Position numbers and translations under genes: made by a program
Notes under the pieces: model-generated
Databases searched by the model: none
What the model was told of the DNA's origin: nothing
Seen by the model: only the letters and a program-made list of their open reading frames with translations
NCBI GenBank assembly: GCA_964035545.1
Contig: OZ037772.1
Coordinates: 11,654,818 to 11,718,817 of the forward strand
Source: Bugula neritina
Taxonomy: Eukaryota > Animalia > Bryozoa
Direction: 5' to 3'
DNA: 64,000 nucleotides
Shown here: piece by piece, positions 1 to 17,578 of the stretch
Numbering within the stretch: position 1 is the stretch's first letter
How the letters are laid out: each line of letters opens with the position of its first letter

Positions 1-3017
<3,017 letters not shown>

Positions 3018-4284
3018 GCCTTAATAAACTGTTTGCAGTAAGAAAAGTACAATTAAATCACACCAACTTGCAAAATGAGCTGAGTGAAAAGTAACGGTAG
3101 AAATAATTAAAGTAAACACGTATGTTTTGCTTTACTAAAACGGAAATTGTTGTTAGTTTGCCAAGGGGTCAGTGCTGGCGTGAAATAGTCTGTTGCAAGC
3201 CGTTTTAGCGGAGCAATGATAAAAATATAGAGTCAATAATCGGAAAATCAGAGCTTGGTAAATTTATAAAGACTACATGATAAAATAAATATGGAGTAAT
3301 CCTCTCCCATATATAAAATGGTGCTGGTGAAGTACAACATAATTTAAATAATTAAATCACGTTTGTTATATTAAACTGCTCTCTAGTCTCAAGTTCGAAT
3401 TAATAATCATAACTATTATTGTCTACAATTTTTATTTTATCAATAAAGAGTTCATCATCATCATACAATTTTTAGCTGTCTCAGTTCAAAATGTTTCATC
3501 GGCTATGATCAAATGACTTGTTCCCATTAGTCAAACAAGTTCTATAAGTGTTTCTATTCTATTCAACTGATTGAAAACAATTACACCATACTGCTTAAAT
3601 AGAAATGATCAAATGATACAGTCAAATCAATGAAGCGATAGTTTATATAAACATTTATGTTATGTAGCGAAATGGAGGAAATGTTTTAGCAACCTTCTCG
3701 AAGTTTATTATATCAAAAGTAACAACTTGATACATACAAGTAAATGTGTTCAAACCATTCTGATAAATGATTGGTTTAAAACTTAATATACATTTTATTC
3801 AGTGCACAGCCAAATAAAAAAATAGAAAAACAGATTCAACTTTAGTATTTGGCACCAGTCTTCGATGAGCTCAGCTGACCTTAAATTTCACAACTCATAT
3901 GATAAAAAAATTTATTGGCAGAATAAAAATACAGTGCTTCGATATGCTGCAAAAATTATAAGTCAAACTAAAAAAATTGTACTTGTGATCATAACATCAT
4001 CTTTAGAAAAATATCAATACCTAATATTGACAAATTGTAGCAATAAAATACATTATATAGTAGAGAAAGCAATCCTCTAAACAAAAACTTAAATGGTGAA
4101 AAAATTCTTAAACTTGTTTATGAATAAAAAAGTTGTTTATCATTTTCTTGTCACTTTTGACAATAAATCCAATATCACAATAGAGAGACGATAACTCTTA
4201 AATTGCATAGAAAAGTACAAACTTGAATAGTGATTCGTAGGAGTCAGTGGTAACAGTGCAGTTGGCATCTGAAACAAACATACA

Positions 4285-4628
4285 AAGCATATACAATACT
4301 AACTACACAGTATATACAATACTAACTACAGTATATACAATACTAACTACAGAGTATACAATACTAACTACAGTGTATACAATACTAACTACAGTACATA
4401 CAATACTAACTACACAGTATACAATACTAACTACACAGTATACAATACCAACTACAGTGTATACAATACTAACTACAGTGTATACAATACTAACTACAGT
4501 GTATACAATACTAACTACACAGTATATACAATACTAACTACAGTGTATACAATACTAACTACACAGTATACAATAGTAACTACAGTGTATACAATACTAA
4601 CTACACAGTACATACAATACTAAGTACA
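4285..4628. repeat. Minisatellite, 21/23-bp unit (TATACAATACTAACTAC[AC]AGT[G/A])
   Basis: About 15 tandem copies are directly visible; this explains the spurious ORF 4247-4537. Confidence 0.95.
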
Positions 4629-5120
4629 GCTGTGTGGAGATAAGAATAATACAAGGAATAAAACTATCCAACTGTGAGATCTGTCAACTACTGTCTGTAA
4701 TGTTGATGTGCTTCAAGTACTGTTATGGGACATATAACTGAGTGTGATAATGGTTGGCTGCCAGTGACTGAGATTGACTGTGTGTGACTGAGTGACTGGG
4801 AGGGATGAAAATTAGTGTTGTCACTTTAATGATTAGTGACAGTAACAAAAAGTACTCAAGATTATTTTGATGAACTGCCCATAAACATAGGTTGTTCTAT
4901 TCTAAGAAATGCTAGAGAATTTAACAACTATGAGTTGTGTGCTCACATAATTTTGAATAGTGAGAAGACAATAAATAAAATATGTATATTGACTTGAAAT
5001 ATAATTATTATTAGTAGGTCGGCTAACTGGGTCATATTATAACAACTGATGAGAGAGTTGCTAGTGACAGTTACTAGTTACACTCACCTTCTAGTAACGA
5101 GTCGTCAGTAACAAGAGTCA

Positions 5121-8100
5121 TTAGTGACAGTGCTCATTACTGTCGACAATCACGGCACGTTTCCAGCCAAACAGGAAATAGCCGAGTCCAGCCCCGAGGA
5201 CGACGGAGAGACAGAGCCAGACGTTGAATGTCATGACGACAAGCATGAGCAGGTAACTGACGGCTACTTGAATCATGTGTAGGAACGTCTGCAGGAAATG
5301 GAGCCCCGTGCACATCCTGGCGCTGGAATATAATGAGACGGTGGTCTGATGTATTGTAATACAAGATAGCATATAATATAGTCGTTAGTATGATATAGTA
5401 TAGACCAAGACAATCTCACACATTACAACGGCTCAATTCATATACAAAATATATCAATATAACATTTATTATATTATTGTGTACTAAGATCAAATACGGT
5501 AAAAGGTAATACAATAAATTTTAGAAAAGATTCCTGGACAACCTCGATTTATTTCCAAAATATACTGATATAATGTTATTATAATACTAGATCATAAAAT
5601 TTTTTCATAGAATATTGTAAAAGACAACCTTGCACACTAGGAAAATTCAATTAAACTACAGACACTCCATTGGGACTTTTTATCAGCGGTTTTGATGGAA
5701 CTTTTCAAAGAAGCTGCATATTGGTTTTAATTAGAATCATGGACCTCAAAATACACGCCCCTTAGGCATAGCAAATTAGTATGTACTGCTTACGATTATG
5801 TAACAGATAAACAGGGCATGTCATCAACTTGGTGAGGGATAACTTTCCATGATAAGTATAGCTAACTGGTTGCCTAGCAGCCAGCCACGTTGCTAGGCAA
5901 CGAAGGGTGCCCATCTCCTAGCTAACTATAAGATACTGCATACACATAGCATACCACTTAGGAGCTGTAGTGGAGAAATTCTTTGATTCTATTGAATTTT
6001 GGTTTGGGGCTTGAGTTAAAATTATTGTAAGAACATAACTTCTTTTTCTACATTTTTAATCTAGAACACAGGCTTTTCTAAATTTCTCCATTACTGCACC
6101 TACCTCTAGCATACACCCAGCATACGCACTCTATACAGACCCTATACAAGCACTAGCCAGAGGGCGCTGGCCAGAGGGCGCTGGCGTGTTACCTGACAGT
6201 ATTGACTCCATCAGAAGAGTTGTCTGACTCATCCTTAGAGCCGTAACCATTGGAAGCGATGTAAGCCGTCTGCACCTGGTTGCCATAGCGATACAGTAAA
6301 TATTCACTGAAAAAAGACATACAGACAGACATTGACTTCTGGTATACATGTTTGATGGTTTAAAGAATATTAGACACAGAATAGCTTAAAACAGCTTGAA
6401 GTCGACGGTCACTGAGCACAGTGGCTCTGGGGGGGGGGGGGGGGGGTTGTACAATGATGTCTACACAGACACTGCACTCAGCGACTTCAAACTTTGTGCT
6501 GGTTCTAATCATTCCCTATTGAATACCAGGCCAGTAATTTGCTAAGTTTAGTATAAAATATAACTGTTAGAGATGAGATGAATTTAATATGGAAACACTG
6601 CATAAAACTTGGCTGACCCATATATGAAAGCAGGTAGAAGTTAATGACTAGGAAATACTGAATCAATAACTCATTGTTTAGACAGTAAAGTTAATTACTG
6701 CTCAGTAAACCTACACACACTATTCTATCTCCTCATTCCCATTTCTCTGGCTACCCTTCCCTACTTGTATTTCTTCAACACTTGTAACTGTTATATAATT
6801 GAGGTCTTAGGACTCGTGTACTTTGACATGAGGCATATTTTGCTGAGTTAGACTTGCGTGGGTTCAGACAATACTCTGAGACCAATTTAGAGAATCTAAA
6901 TAGGCCTAGATTCTTTTGAATAGCTGTTACATTTAGACTAATACCTATAAGGAATATGACGTGGTGCACCCAGGTGTGTAAAATGCTATTCCAATATCAA
7001 TATACTATTATGAAAGGTTGTGGTAGTAATATTTCTCCAATCTTTAGTCCCTTTCAATCAATTTGATTAATTTAGTCATGTTATTTGGTTCATGTGCAAT
7101 GCTAGAGACCACAATTGTCACAAGATGTATTTTCAAATTTGTATATGCAGAAAACTTAATGAGTTTGATACAAATGTCTGATGAATTCCCAACTTGATAA
7201 AATATTCTGTTAGCAGAGAGAACACGAATACTAAAGACGGAAAGGTGAGCAGAATATTAGGAGAACATCAGCTCACAGGTGTTAGAGATAAGGGTACCAG
7301 CAGATGAGGACTGGAAGGTGGCGTGTGATAATGGCGCAGTGATACTATACACTTTGAGAGGGTGACAGATAAAACGGGTCATAAATGCTCCCTGATGACA
7401 TGCGATCATGTGACTTGGTGGAGGATGATTATATTCGGTCCACTTCAAATCTTTAATGCAAACAATAATAAATATCAATACTATTTAGAAAATGCTGAGG
7501 TGATCCACCCAGTTTCAGACGATATACCTGAGTTCTTTATTCAAACATTGCTAGAAAGGTAGGGCAGGTTGCTAGTGCCTTTCCTAAACATAGACTTAGG
7601 TTTTTGCTTAGTTGCAAAGTCAGTTTTCTAACTGGAATTGAAAGTTACACCTCCATTATGCCTCACACGATGATGATCACCTTACTTTGCCCCCTCCCAA
7701 CCTGTTAGTAATGAGTTCAATCACTCAACCTGAACTTAATTTTGACAAATGCTTATCACTTTACATCTATAGCCTCAGTGCCAACAAAACATGCAGACAC
7801 AGAGGCAACATGACTGCCAATCAGCTGGTCACCTGGTTATGTGGTGAGGACTCATTTAGCCATTCACAGAGTCAGCTTAGAAACAAGAAGATAACTACAA
7901 TCTGATTGGCTTAGGATAGAGAACTGATTTTGAGACTAGTAAAGTACCAGGTGAGGGTGGGTGGTAGAAGTCCCCTACCGTAAGACTTTGAGTCCTTCGT
8001 AGAGTGCGGCTATGATAGCCAACACCACACAGGCTATGGCCAGGTGCCATGTTTTCATCAGCATGAGTTCTTTAAACAGGACATATGTCATCTTCCACTC

Positions 8101-11100
8101 CGTAGTGAAGTACATCTGCAATACAGCATTACAGTAGTGAAGTATATCTGCAATACAGCATTACAGTAGTGAAGTATATCTGCAATACAGCATTACAGTA
8201 GTGAAGTACGTCTACAATACAGCATTACAGTAGTGAAATACATCTACAATACAATATTACTGTAGTGAAATATATCTACAATACAATATTACAGTAGTGA
8301 AGTACATCTACAATACAACATTACAGTAGTGCTATATATCTACATAACAATATCACAGTAGTGAAATACATCTGCAATACAATATTACTGTAGTGAAATA
8401 TATCCACAATACAATATCACAGTAGTGAAATACATCTGCAATAGAGCATTACGAAGGAAGACACAAAGCATTGTTCATTACTATGTAATCATATTTCATA
8501 AACTGATAAGGTAGCTTTCTGTAGGTTGGAATGCATGAGACAGTCATAGGATTTTGACAGATCTGTTATTATTTCGAATAATCTGAATACTAAACATTTC
8601 CTTTCATGCAGTTTCATCTTTTACCAGCAGGCTGAAGTGGACTCAGAAAGAATTTGTCGCAAATTAATTTTAGCAGAAACGGCTGCCTAAGCTCTGGAAG
8701 TCAATAAATGAGATTTGTTAAAACACTGTAGCAAAGGCCGGTAACACCACAGTGAATCCATTAGAGGTATGGAAAGGTAGGAACAGTAGAGACTAAAACA
8801 GCTCTGCACAGGTAACTGACTGAAACCAGCTCTCTACGTCATATGTAGAACATAGGTGTTAAATGATGCAGAGATTAATGGAGGTTTAAATAAATCATTT
8901 TATTCAAAGTAAATAAATGAAGTCTTCAGTAAATTTTCCAGCATGCCAAAGTTGAGTTCTTCAATAGTTGAAGTTAAAAGCACTTTTTCTTCATTAGTGG
9001 AAAACATAATACCGCCCCTGTTCAACAACATCTTGAACTTGGTTCTCAAGCTATTACATTTGGCAAATTCAAAATCAAAGTATGCTTTGAAGCTCTGATC
9101 AAGTGTTATCATTTAGATATTAAGTATCATTGAATATGCTTGAAGGGGCCACAGTTCACCCACCCTACACCACTCTACTCTTATGCCACGAGGCTAGTGG
9201 GTGCTAAAAAATGACAGGTTGAAAAATCTAAAGTCTAAAATTCAAAACAGGTAATTTCGCAATACCTCCAGGTGTGTGAGTTGCCAGGTGAGATATGATG
9301 TAACATGAGAGAGTTTAACAGAGGGGAACATTCAGGTAATGGATTTAGTCCAAGAATTGAATCAGTAACATAAAAACACACCATAACCTAACTACTCCTC
9401 AGTCATATTCAAGACTACCATATCACAAGTCTGTGCAATATGGTAGCTTGTGGTTTTTGCATAGTGAAGCAATTTTTAGCTGGGGCCACCCCCACCCCTC
9501 TCCGCATAAATACTATGAAAATATAAGAACTATAAGGCTAGATATCTGGACCTTTAGATATTGAATACACCCTATGCTTTACTAAACGGATTAATTCCAA
9601 AGTTGCTGTTATATCAAAGGTCACCTGAAGGTCACCGTTCATCTGGAAATTGTTATTATCACTATTCTGTTGTAACACACTAGAAATGCAGTCTACATTA
9701 CTGGGAGGGAGTTTGACCTTAGATAATGATTTTTAGTGCAATTTATGATAAATCCTATAAAATAGAACAGCATATCAACGATATTGTTATTATATTGCAC
9801 AATATATGAATCTTTAGAAAAACTTAATGAATAAGATCATTTGAAGAAATTAAATAGTGCTGCCGAAAAAAGTGAAATGCTGACTCAATAGCTTACATTC
9901 ATCATGTGAGACATCCCACTCATTCCAGGCATTCCCTACAACAGAAAGAGTAAGTACAGTAGACACAGTAAGTGCAGTAGACACAGTAAGTGCAGTAGAC
10001 AGAGTAAGTACAGTAGACACAGTAAGTGCAGTATAAACAGTAAGTACAGTACACAGTAGACAGAGTAAGTACAGTAGACACAGTAAGTACAGTACACAGT
10101 AAGTACATTAGACACAGTAAGTACAGTAGACAGAGTAAGTACAGTAGACACAGTAAGTACAGTAGACACAGTAAGTACAGTAGACAGTAAATACAGTAAC
10201 AAACACAGTAAGTTAACTGGAAGCAAGTTAATACCACAAAACTATGTGCTTATCTTCCACTGTGTATAGAATAATAGAGTGTTTAGCCATGATAAGAGCC
10301 ATGGCAGGGCAGGCATTGCATCACATGTAATTATATGCCTATCATAGTGGCTCTATTACCACTTCGAAAATAGCCTGACACTAACCTGTAACACTTTGAA
10401 TCCCACAATTTGAGATCACTACAGCTACTGGTGATATATTACAACTGATCATAATAAACTTTAAACAGTAGTTGTCCAGAATTGAATAACAAGAAACAGT
10501 ATGACATATAATATACAGTATATTATATATAGATCATACAGTATATTATATACTATATAGACACAGTATATAATATTATATAATGTATTTTAAACTATAC
10601 ACATGCATAATATACACTAGGCTGTATTATATATAATATACAACATACTATATACCATACAGTATAATACATATCATACAGTATAACATATAATATACAG
10701 TATAATACATATCATACAGTATAACATATAGTATACAATATAATACATATCATACCGTATAACATATAATATACAGTATAATACATATCATACAGTATAA
10801 CATATAATATACAGTATAATACATAATATTACATACTATACACATATATTGCATATCATACAGTACACTATATACTTACATGTGATCCATGGTCCATGGT
10901 AGTTGTGGACATACTAAAATAAATCATAACAAACTTTAGACAGTAGAAAAATGTCGCACATCGTCAGTACATTACAGGACGCTTTAAACTCTTTTCAAAC
11001 TTTTAAAGAACTTGTTTTGATGTCAAAATAGAAGCAAAATATTATTTCTTATGAAATGCAGACATTTCAACACAAAATACACAGTAAGTGAGATACTTCA

Positions 11101-11686
11101 ACAGCCTTTATTGCAAAACAAAGAGGTGGGTAGCAAAGTGATTGCAGTTACTGAATTAATATTAACCCAGAACGATAAGTTCACACTCTATCTAGCACCT
11201 TAACTAAATTATCCATGTATTGCAAAAATGTTAATTTAATGTTGCAGGATTCAAATTAAGCCAGCAATTAGTGGACCAAGTTAGGTTACCGCAGTTATAG
11301 TACTCTAAGTGTTAGTAATACTTTGGGAAGTAAATACTAGATAAACCGGGTTACATCTGTTCGCATGAAATAAAAATTAGCAGAACCTAAAACTTTCAAT
11401 AAATATATTACGAGTATATACTATTTTGTTAATTGAAAAATAAACAAATTTCAACAGATTTCACATTAAAGAGAATAATTTTATAAGAAAATCAATACGC
11501 CTGATGCACTTTCAAACATTTTTAGCAGAGCTTTCCTTGCAGAAAATTTGTTTTGAACCCACAAAAGATGTTTAAATAGAAAGCAAACTTTATCAAGCTA
11601 TAAGTGGAGCAGTAACTGTAAGTTTTTACTGAAATAACTTACTTCATGTTGTCCATATCCATATCCATGTGCATGTGCATACTCAT
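5121..11686 (-). CDS. SLC31A1: High-affinity copper transporter CTR1/SLC31 family, 6 coding exons, ~189 aa
   Basis: Exons 11686-11643, 10913-10880, 9935-9897, 8115-7979, 6306-6193, 5322-5121 (570 nt, in frame). Met/His-rich N-terminus [48 protein letters not shown] after TM1, MLVVMTFN (MxxxM) in TM2, [11 protein letters not shown] in TM3, C-terminal HCH*. Confidence 0.96.
8101..8452. repeat. 32-bp tandem repeat (~11 copies) containing the CTR1 exon-4 splice acceptor
   Basis: Unit CAGTAGTGAAGTATATCTGCAATACAGCATTA. On the minus strand it reads ...TATTGCAG|ATGTACTTCACTAC, i.e. the acceptor plus the exon start. Confidence 0.93.
9948..10212. repeat. 18-bp minisatellite (CAGTAAGTACAGTAGACA) in a CTR1 intron
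   Basis: About 14 tandem copies next to the exon-3 acceptor; source of spurious ORFs 9920-10237 and 9936-10226. Confidence 0.93.
10620..10875. repeat. Degenerate 18-19-bp AT-rich minisatellite (TACAGTATAATACATATCA)
   Basis: Tandem copies visible next to the CTR1 exon-2 donor. Confidence 0.8.
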
Positions 11687-14396
11687 AGTGCTGAGTGGGT
11701 TGTACAGTATCACAGTAGGAGATCAAATAGACTAGTTAATGATCAGGTGATCAGTTGAGTTCTGGAAATGAATAACTATAAGTACGTTACAGTTGGATAG
11801 GCAGCATGCTAACAAGTAGACATTAACATTATAGTAATTATTGTAGTGATATAATATAACTAAATATATATATAAATACATAAATAAATAATATATTTTA
11901 TTCATATATTATATCATTTATATATAATATATATATATATATTATTTGCTCATTTTTTATACGTTATATTATTTATACAAATATAAGTTATATATATATA
12001 TAACTTATATTTATATATGATTTTATAGTTTAGACTTTAATAATGCAGCTGCCCTATTCAAAAACAACTGCCAGTAAAATTATATATGTTAGTGATGAAA
12101 AAAATATGTTCTATAATAATATATAAAGAACATTCTCATAAATCATTAGTTATATCCCCTTGGGTTTCAGATGTCATGGTATCCCTTAACCTAATATGAA
12201 AAATAGGAAAAAAATGTTGTTATGACAAGAAAAGCCTATAAATTATTCTTTCAAATTACCAATATCGCAACTGTCATGAAGATGCGACATAAATCATCAT
12301 ATTATCCACATGAATTAATGGGCTTGTTTGTAAGTAAAACTGCTAAGTAATCATTGTATGCCATTAAGGCCATCCCTTGAGCAGTTAAATTCTAAAATAA
12401 CTGTTGATGATAAACTTAACAAACATCTAATTTAGCAATATTTACTTGTCTATTATGCTGGTAATGTACCTGTGTGGTGGTAATGTACCTGTATAGTAGC
12501 ATATGAACAGGCATAAATCTTTGAGTTGACACACCCAAGAAAGTGATGACATATGACCAGAACATATCAATACGTCTCAACATCAATATAATCATCAATC
12601 TAAGTTTTAGATTTCTAGTGGATGGTGAAAGAACATGTCTGAACCCAAACTGCAGAATTTTAATAACTTTGATTTTCATGAAAGATACTTTTTAATAATG
12701 TGACTAAATGAATTATGCTAATTCAACCATATTCTCATGAAAACTTGAGCTAACAAAAGTAACTAGGATTGTGATTCTGACCCAGTGTTGACTCAATATT
12801 TCTATGTGCATTGCAGCAATTTAGATGTTAATTTAAAACTTTACTTTAATAATTGTTACCTAACTAGTTTAAAACATGTTCAATTTTCAAATTTAATTAT
12901 ATTATCTGTATATCAATATTACATAAAGAACATAGAATAAAGAATATTCATATCAAATATTATGCAAATAGTATACTTATAGTATGGGTAATTTAGTTTT
13001 AGATACAGCAATCAGTGATGATAATATTTTTAAATCATTCTATTTTGTCATAATATGTATAAACACTAAGGCCAAAGAGAGATTATGATGTACTATAATA
13101 ATAGTTGTATTATTGGGATTACTATTACAGTAAGAGTAAATTGGTAATAGACTAAATCTGATATTACTAGTATTAGTAAAAGTGAGATCGATACATCTAG
13201 CCAAAACATCAACTATAAGTATTATTCATTAGTACCTAATCTTGTACTTTATACTTCAACTTGTAGTATAAGATTAAGTATAACTAACGTCAAATATACA
13301 TCATGATCACACTTCACAAACCAATATTATTGTCTAGTTGGTATTTATCATTGCCCATTAATAGCCAGAAAACTTAGGCAATAACAAATACTTAACATAA
13401 ACTAGACAAAGTAAAAGTTAAACTTTATGGCCATCACTGAGTATTACTATTAGATTTACTTTTAGTAACAAGCAACACTAATACTAATACTATAGTAATA
13501 CTAATAGTAATAGTAATAATAATGCCAATAGTATTAGTATGACTATCGGTATCAGCAACGTCATGACTAATACTATGACTAGAAAAATAACTAGAAGTAA
13601 ATTAAAATCATCACAATGAGTATGATTATCAGTATGAGTATCACCATCAATATCAGTACGTCATTCACATTGACTCAATGATTGACTATGATTCATAGGA
13701 TAGTATGAAGATGGGTGAACTATCAGTCATACTATAACTATCACTGTAAGAGCATGATTATTAGTATGAATATCAGCATTAGTAGTGATATTACTACGAT
13801 TCACATCATGAGTCTAACTATGAGTCTGAGTATCTGTAAAAAGAACTGCTTTTGAAGCTTAACAAAAATTTACTTTTACTTTTAGTTTTACTTTTAGGAA
13901 ACCGAACCGGAATTCAATAGGTTGACTTTCAGTTTCAGCAAAATGAAATTGCATAATCGCTAGCTTGAACTTTTCACTTTAATAGACCTGAGTAATATAT
14001 TTTACCTGGGCAATATATTTTAAAATCAATGTAATATTGCAAGCTAGCCTCATAAAAACTAGTTTTACTAAGTCTAATTATTATGACTGTCAGCGTAGAG
14101 TCGTAGAGATGTGAAAGTCTTTTTACAGAACAGAAATTTTAATGTAATACTTAGCAAAGTTCCAAAAGTTAGATAGTTTGTGATAGGGTGTGAAGAATAT
14201 TTTGTTCACTTTTAGGTGTTTAAACGACGATTACGGCACTGACAAGTCAGGCATATATAATTTATATTCGAACACGGGTTATGAAAGCGATTCCAGTTTA
14301 AATTATATGAGCGCAAGTAAATTGAATAGACAACTCCTTAAATAATAAAAAGGTTAAATAAATAGGCGTAATCATCCTATTTTAAACAGGGTAGAT

Positions 14397-16109
14397 CAGG
14401 GCTGTCCAACAGGCGGCCCGCGGGCCGGATCCGGCCCTCCAGCTATATTTGTGTGGCCCCCCAAGGTATAGCCAGTTACAAATTTTTGTTGATCAAATTT
14501 GCTAACTAGCCTGAAACAGCAGCACATAGGATAGTTGAGAGCATCCCACTTTGAATTTCTATTAAAATGTAGTTTAAGTTCTTCTACAATATTGTTCTGT
14601 GGGTGGCATGCGTGTTGCCTACTTGTCATTGTTTAGCCTGAGATCAAACTACAACCAATAACAGCAAGCTAGTCATTATAGTCTGTTAGCTAGCAAGCCT
14701 GTGACTTATAGCAATGTAGACGCCTATAACATTATAATATGCTCATCTCTACGCGTTCACTGAAGTGTGAAGTTATGCACAGTGCTTACTAGTGAAAAAG
14801 AAATATACCATTTCCAGTGTATAAATAAATCCACAATTTATATCAAATCTAAAAGTCATTGCTTTTTTATTCAGATATCATGTTTTCCTGCTAAGATTGT
14901 TTATTGGTACTAAAAAAAATCAACTTTTGAGGCAAAGTTAGCCAAAAATGTGCAGTTTTTTTCTATAACTTTGCAAAAGAATGAAAAAATTCCAAAAAAG
15001 TTGCACTGGGAAAAATAAGATTCACAACATAGCTTTTTTCTTTTAATTCTAGTAGCCTACAATCAAATGAGATTGTTTTTACTGGTACTGAATTTTTACA
15101 CAGTTACAATGCAAACCTCAGCAAGGCAGTTGCAGCTAAAAAGTTGCCCTTAGCTATCCTGTGCAGACAGATATTTTAAAGACATTTAATCAGGACTGGC
15201 CAAGTATAGAGACAAGACTTTTTTGAAAGTATAACTGAGATCTCATTTTTATTGATTGTATTGTGAAAGATAAGTAATTGAAGAATCCCTGACACACTTC
15301 ACTTATGCAGTACTAAAGTATTATTGTGTATATGTTCGTTTTCATTTACATACTGTCTTAAGGTTAGATGCTTAAACAATTTTGTTTTATAATGAATTTT
15401 GTGCGAGTATGTACTGAAATGATTTGGGAGTTGTAATCATCTTGACCTTTGACCTTTAACTGCTTGTTAGACACTGCACTGAGACAGCTTGAAGGTTTGA
15501 ACTTTGAACTTTCAATTTTCAGTCAAATGAGATACACAAAAATAGATACTACACTTCACTCACTAATCAGCACATAGTCCAGCAACTAAGGGTTGCATGT
15601 TCTGATACGAAACTAGATATTAACAGAATTGTTCAAGGCAAACAGTACTCACTGTGTACTCACAACTGTCTCACTGATGGTTGTAAAATACAACTATACC
15701 GGTATTAGTACAGACTTTTAGCACTGGCGCATCTTGTTTAAATTTGCATGTGCAATCATGAATATATACTTTGTATGTATATATGTATAATTTTTTATGC
15801 ACAAACATAAATGCATATATAATTATTGATTATTTAAGTAATAAAAATGAAATGTTTCTTGTTTACCTATTTTAATTAAATGCATATATATGCACATACA
15901 CACACGTAAGTAATATATATCTATTTAAATATATTATAATTTTAATAAACATGCAAAGCCTAGCCATTGCTTATAATTATAATACATATAGCCTGCAGAT
16001 GTTTAATGAATCTTGAAAATTGATTTTAAAAACAGAAAATTTTTGTGGCCCTCGGCCCAAGCTAAAACTTGCAGACTGGCCCTCGGTCTGAAAAGGTTGG
16101 ACACCCCTG
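14397..16109. mobile_element. Non-autonomous hAT-superfamily (Charlie/Buster-like) DNA transposon, ~1.7 kb
   Basis: Imperfect TIRs CAGGGCTGTCCAAC ... GTTGGACACCCCTG; perfect 8-bp TSD GGGTAGAT at 14389-14396 and 16110-16117; subterminal GGCCCGCGGGCCGGATCCGGCCC; no transposase ORF seen. Confidence 0.9.
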
Positions 16110-17578
16110 GGGTAGATTATACAATAATTATAATTAGGTATATGAAATGTGCAATATCTACATTGTATAATTTATAAAACAGCTGAAAATGTATTGTAAA
16201 ATTTAAAATTTTATGCTATTCTTTGACTTTTTAAGTGACATGCATATTTAGTGCATTTTGAGACCGGAATTAAATAATTTTATCTTTATAGCGATCCTTC
16301 TCTCTTTATTGTAATTGTATTGATGTTATGGATTATTATAAGCGACTTTTACATTTATGCAATGAGATAGAAGCTTGCACACACATATATAATATAAATG
16401 TGCATCAAGTATATATAAGCTATGAATATTTCAACCTACACTATATGTTTTCTTCATTTGAATAAAATGTTACGTATCCAAACATGCTACAATTCTCATT
16501 GAGAATAAATTTATTTTCAAAAGCATAGTAATAAAACAACGAATATAGCAAAAATATATAAATGTATGTATAGATAATTATGTACCTTTATTTATAGACA
16601 CTAAGACATCGTAATTAAAAAAACTCCCCAACAATTAAATAATAGTCCGTAAATACAGTATTAGTATAAGTAAAGTGGTAAGATATATAATATACGGCAA
16701 AGATAAACTTTCTAGCCCCATTTCCACAGATTTGGTGAAGAGGGGTGAGGTGAGAGCCATCCTACCACATCTGCTTTTACAACTAAGCAACTGCTGATAC
16801 CTTTGAAACTTAAATTTCAAGCTGAGCATATTATATGCTTTTCAGAAAAATCTACAGAGGCTCTTATATTGCATAGTAATATCATTCCATTGAGTGTTTG
16901 TTAGAATAGCCTTGTTATTTGAAACTTTAGCAGTCTGTTCAAATGCTCCAAATAGCTAGAGCAGTTATTGTTAACCGTAAATTCTTCACTTTGACAACTA
17001 ACTAGTTTTTACATTCGATGTATCGTAGCAGCACGCTTACGCTTCTCTTTTTTATCAGTTCCCGAATTATCTCTCATTTTTACTAAAAGAATTAATAAAC
17101 AAATCATTCATGTTTTTATGACTAAAATTTTGAAATACAGTGCAAAAGTGGAGAAAAGCTTTCAACATGTACTTTAAATCAGAAGTCATAAAGGCAAGTT
17201 AAAAACATTTTGGCATAAACTTATAGTATAGTAATTAAACTCTGAAACTTGTACAGGTTTTTAAACAAACAATCTCTTATTAGTCTCTAAAGCAAATCGC
17301 AAGCTGATCATGGAAGCTTTCTATGTATAGTAACGCCATATGCGGCATTCTTATTTCTCTTTGAAATTTTACCACTTTCAACAGCATCAAAACTGGCAGC
17401 AAGAAGCCTAAGATGTTTACAAACCTCATGGCTCTAAGAAATCAACAGTTATTCCTAAGATCTGCTCACATTTTTAAAATAATTTGCATTGCAAGCACTT
17501 AATTTGCCAAAGAATAAAATGCTAAACAAATAATAAAATACAGTCTCTATACAGCAACACGTGATGTGACATACCTAA

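Noticed and set aside
8101-8452. 32-bp direct repeats as a possible CRISPR array
   Set aside because: The units are contiguous with no unique spacers, lie in a spliceosomal intron, and no cas genes are present.
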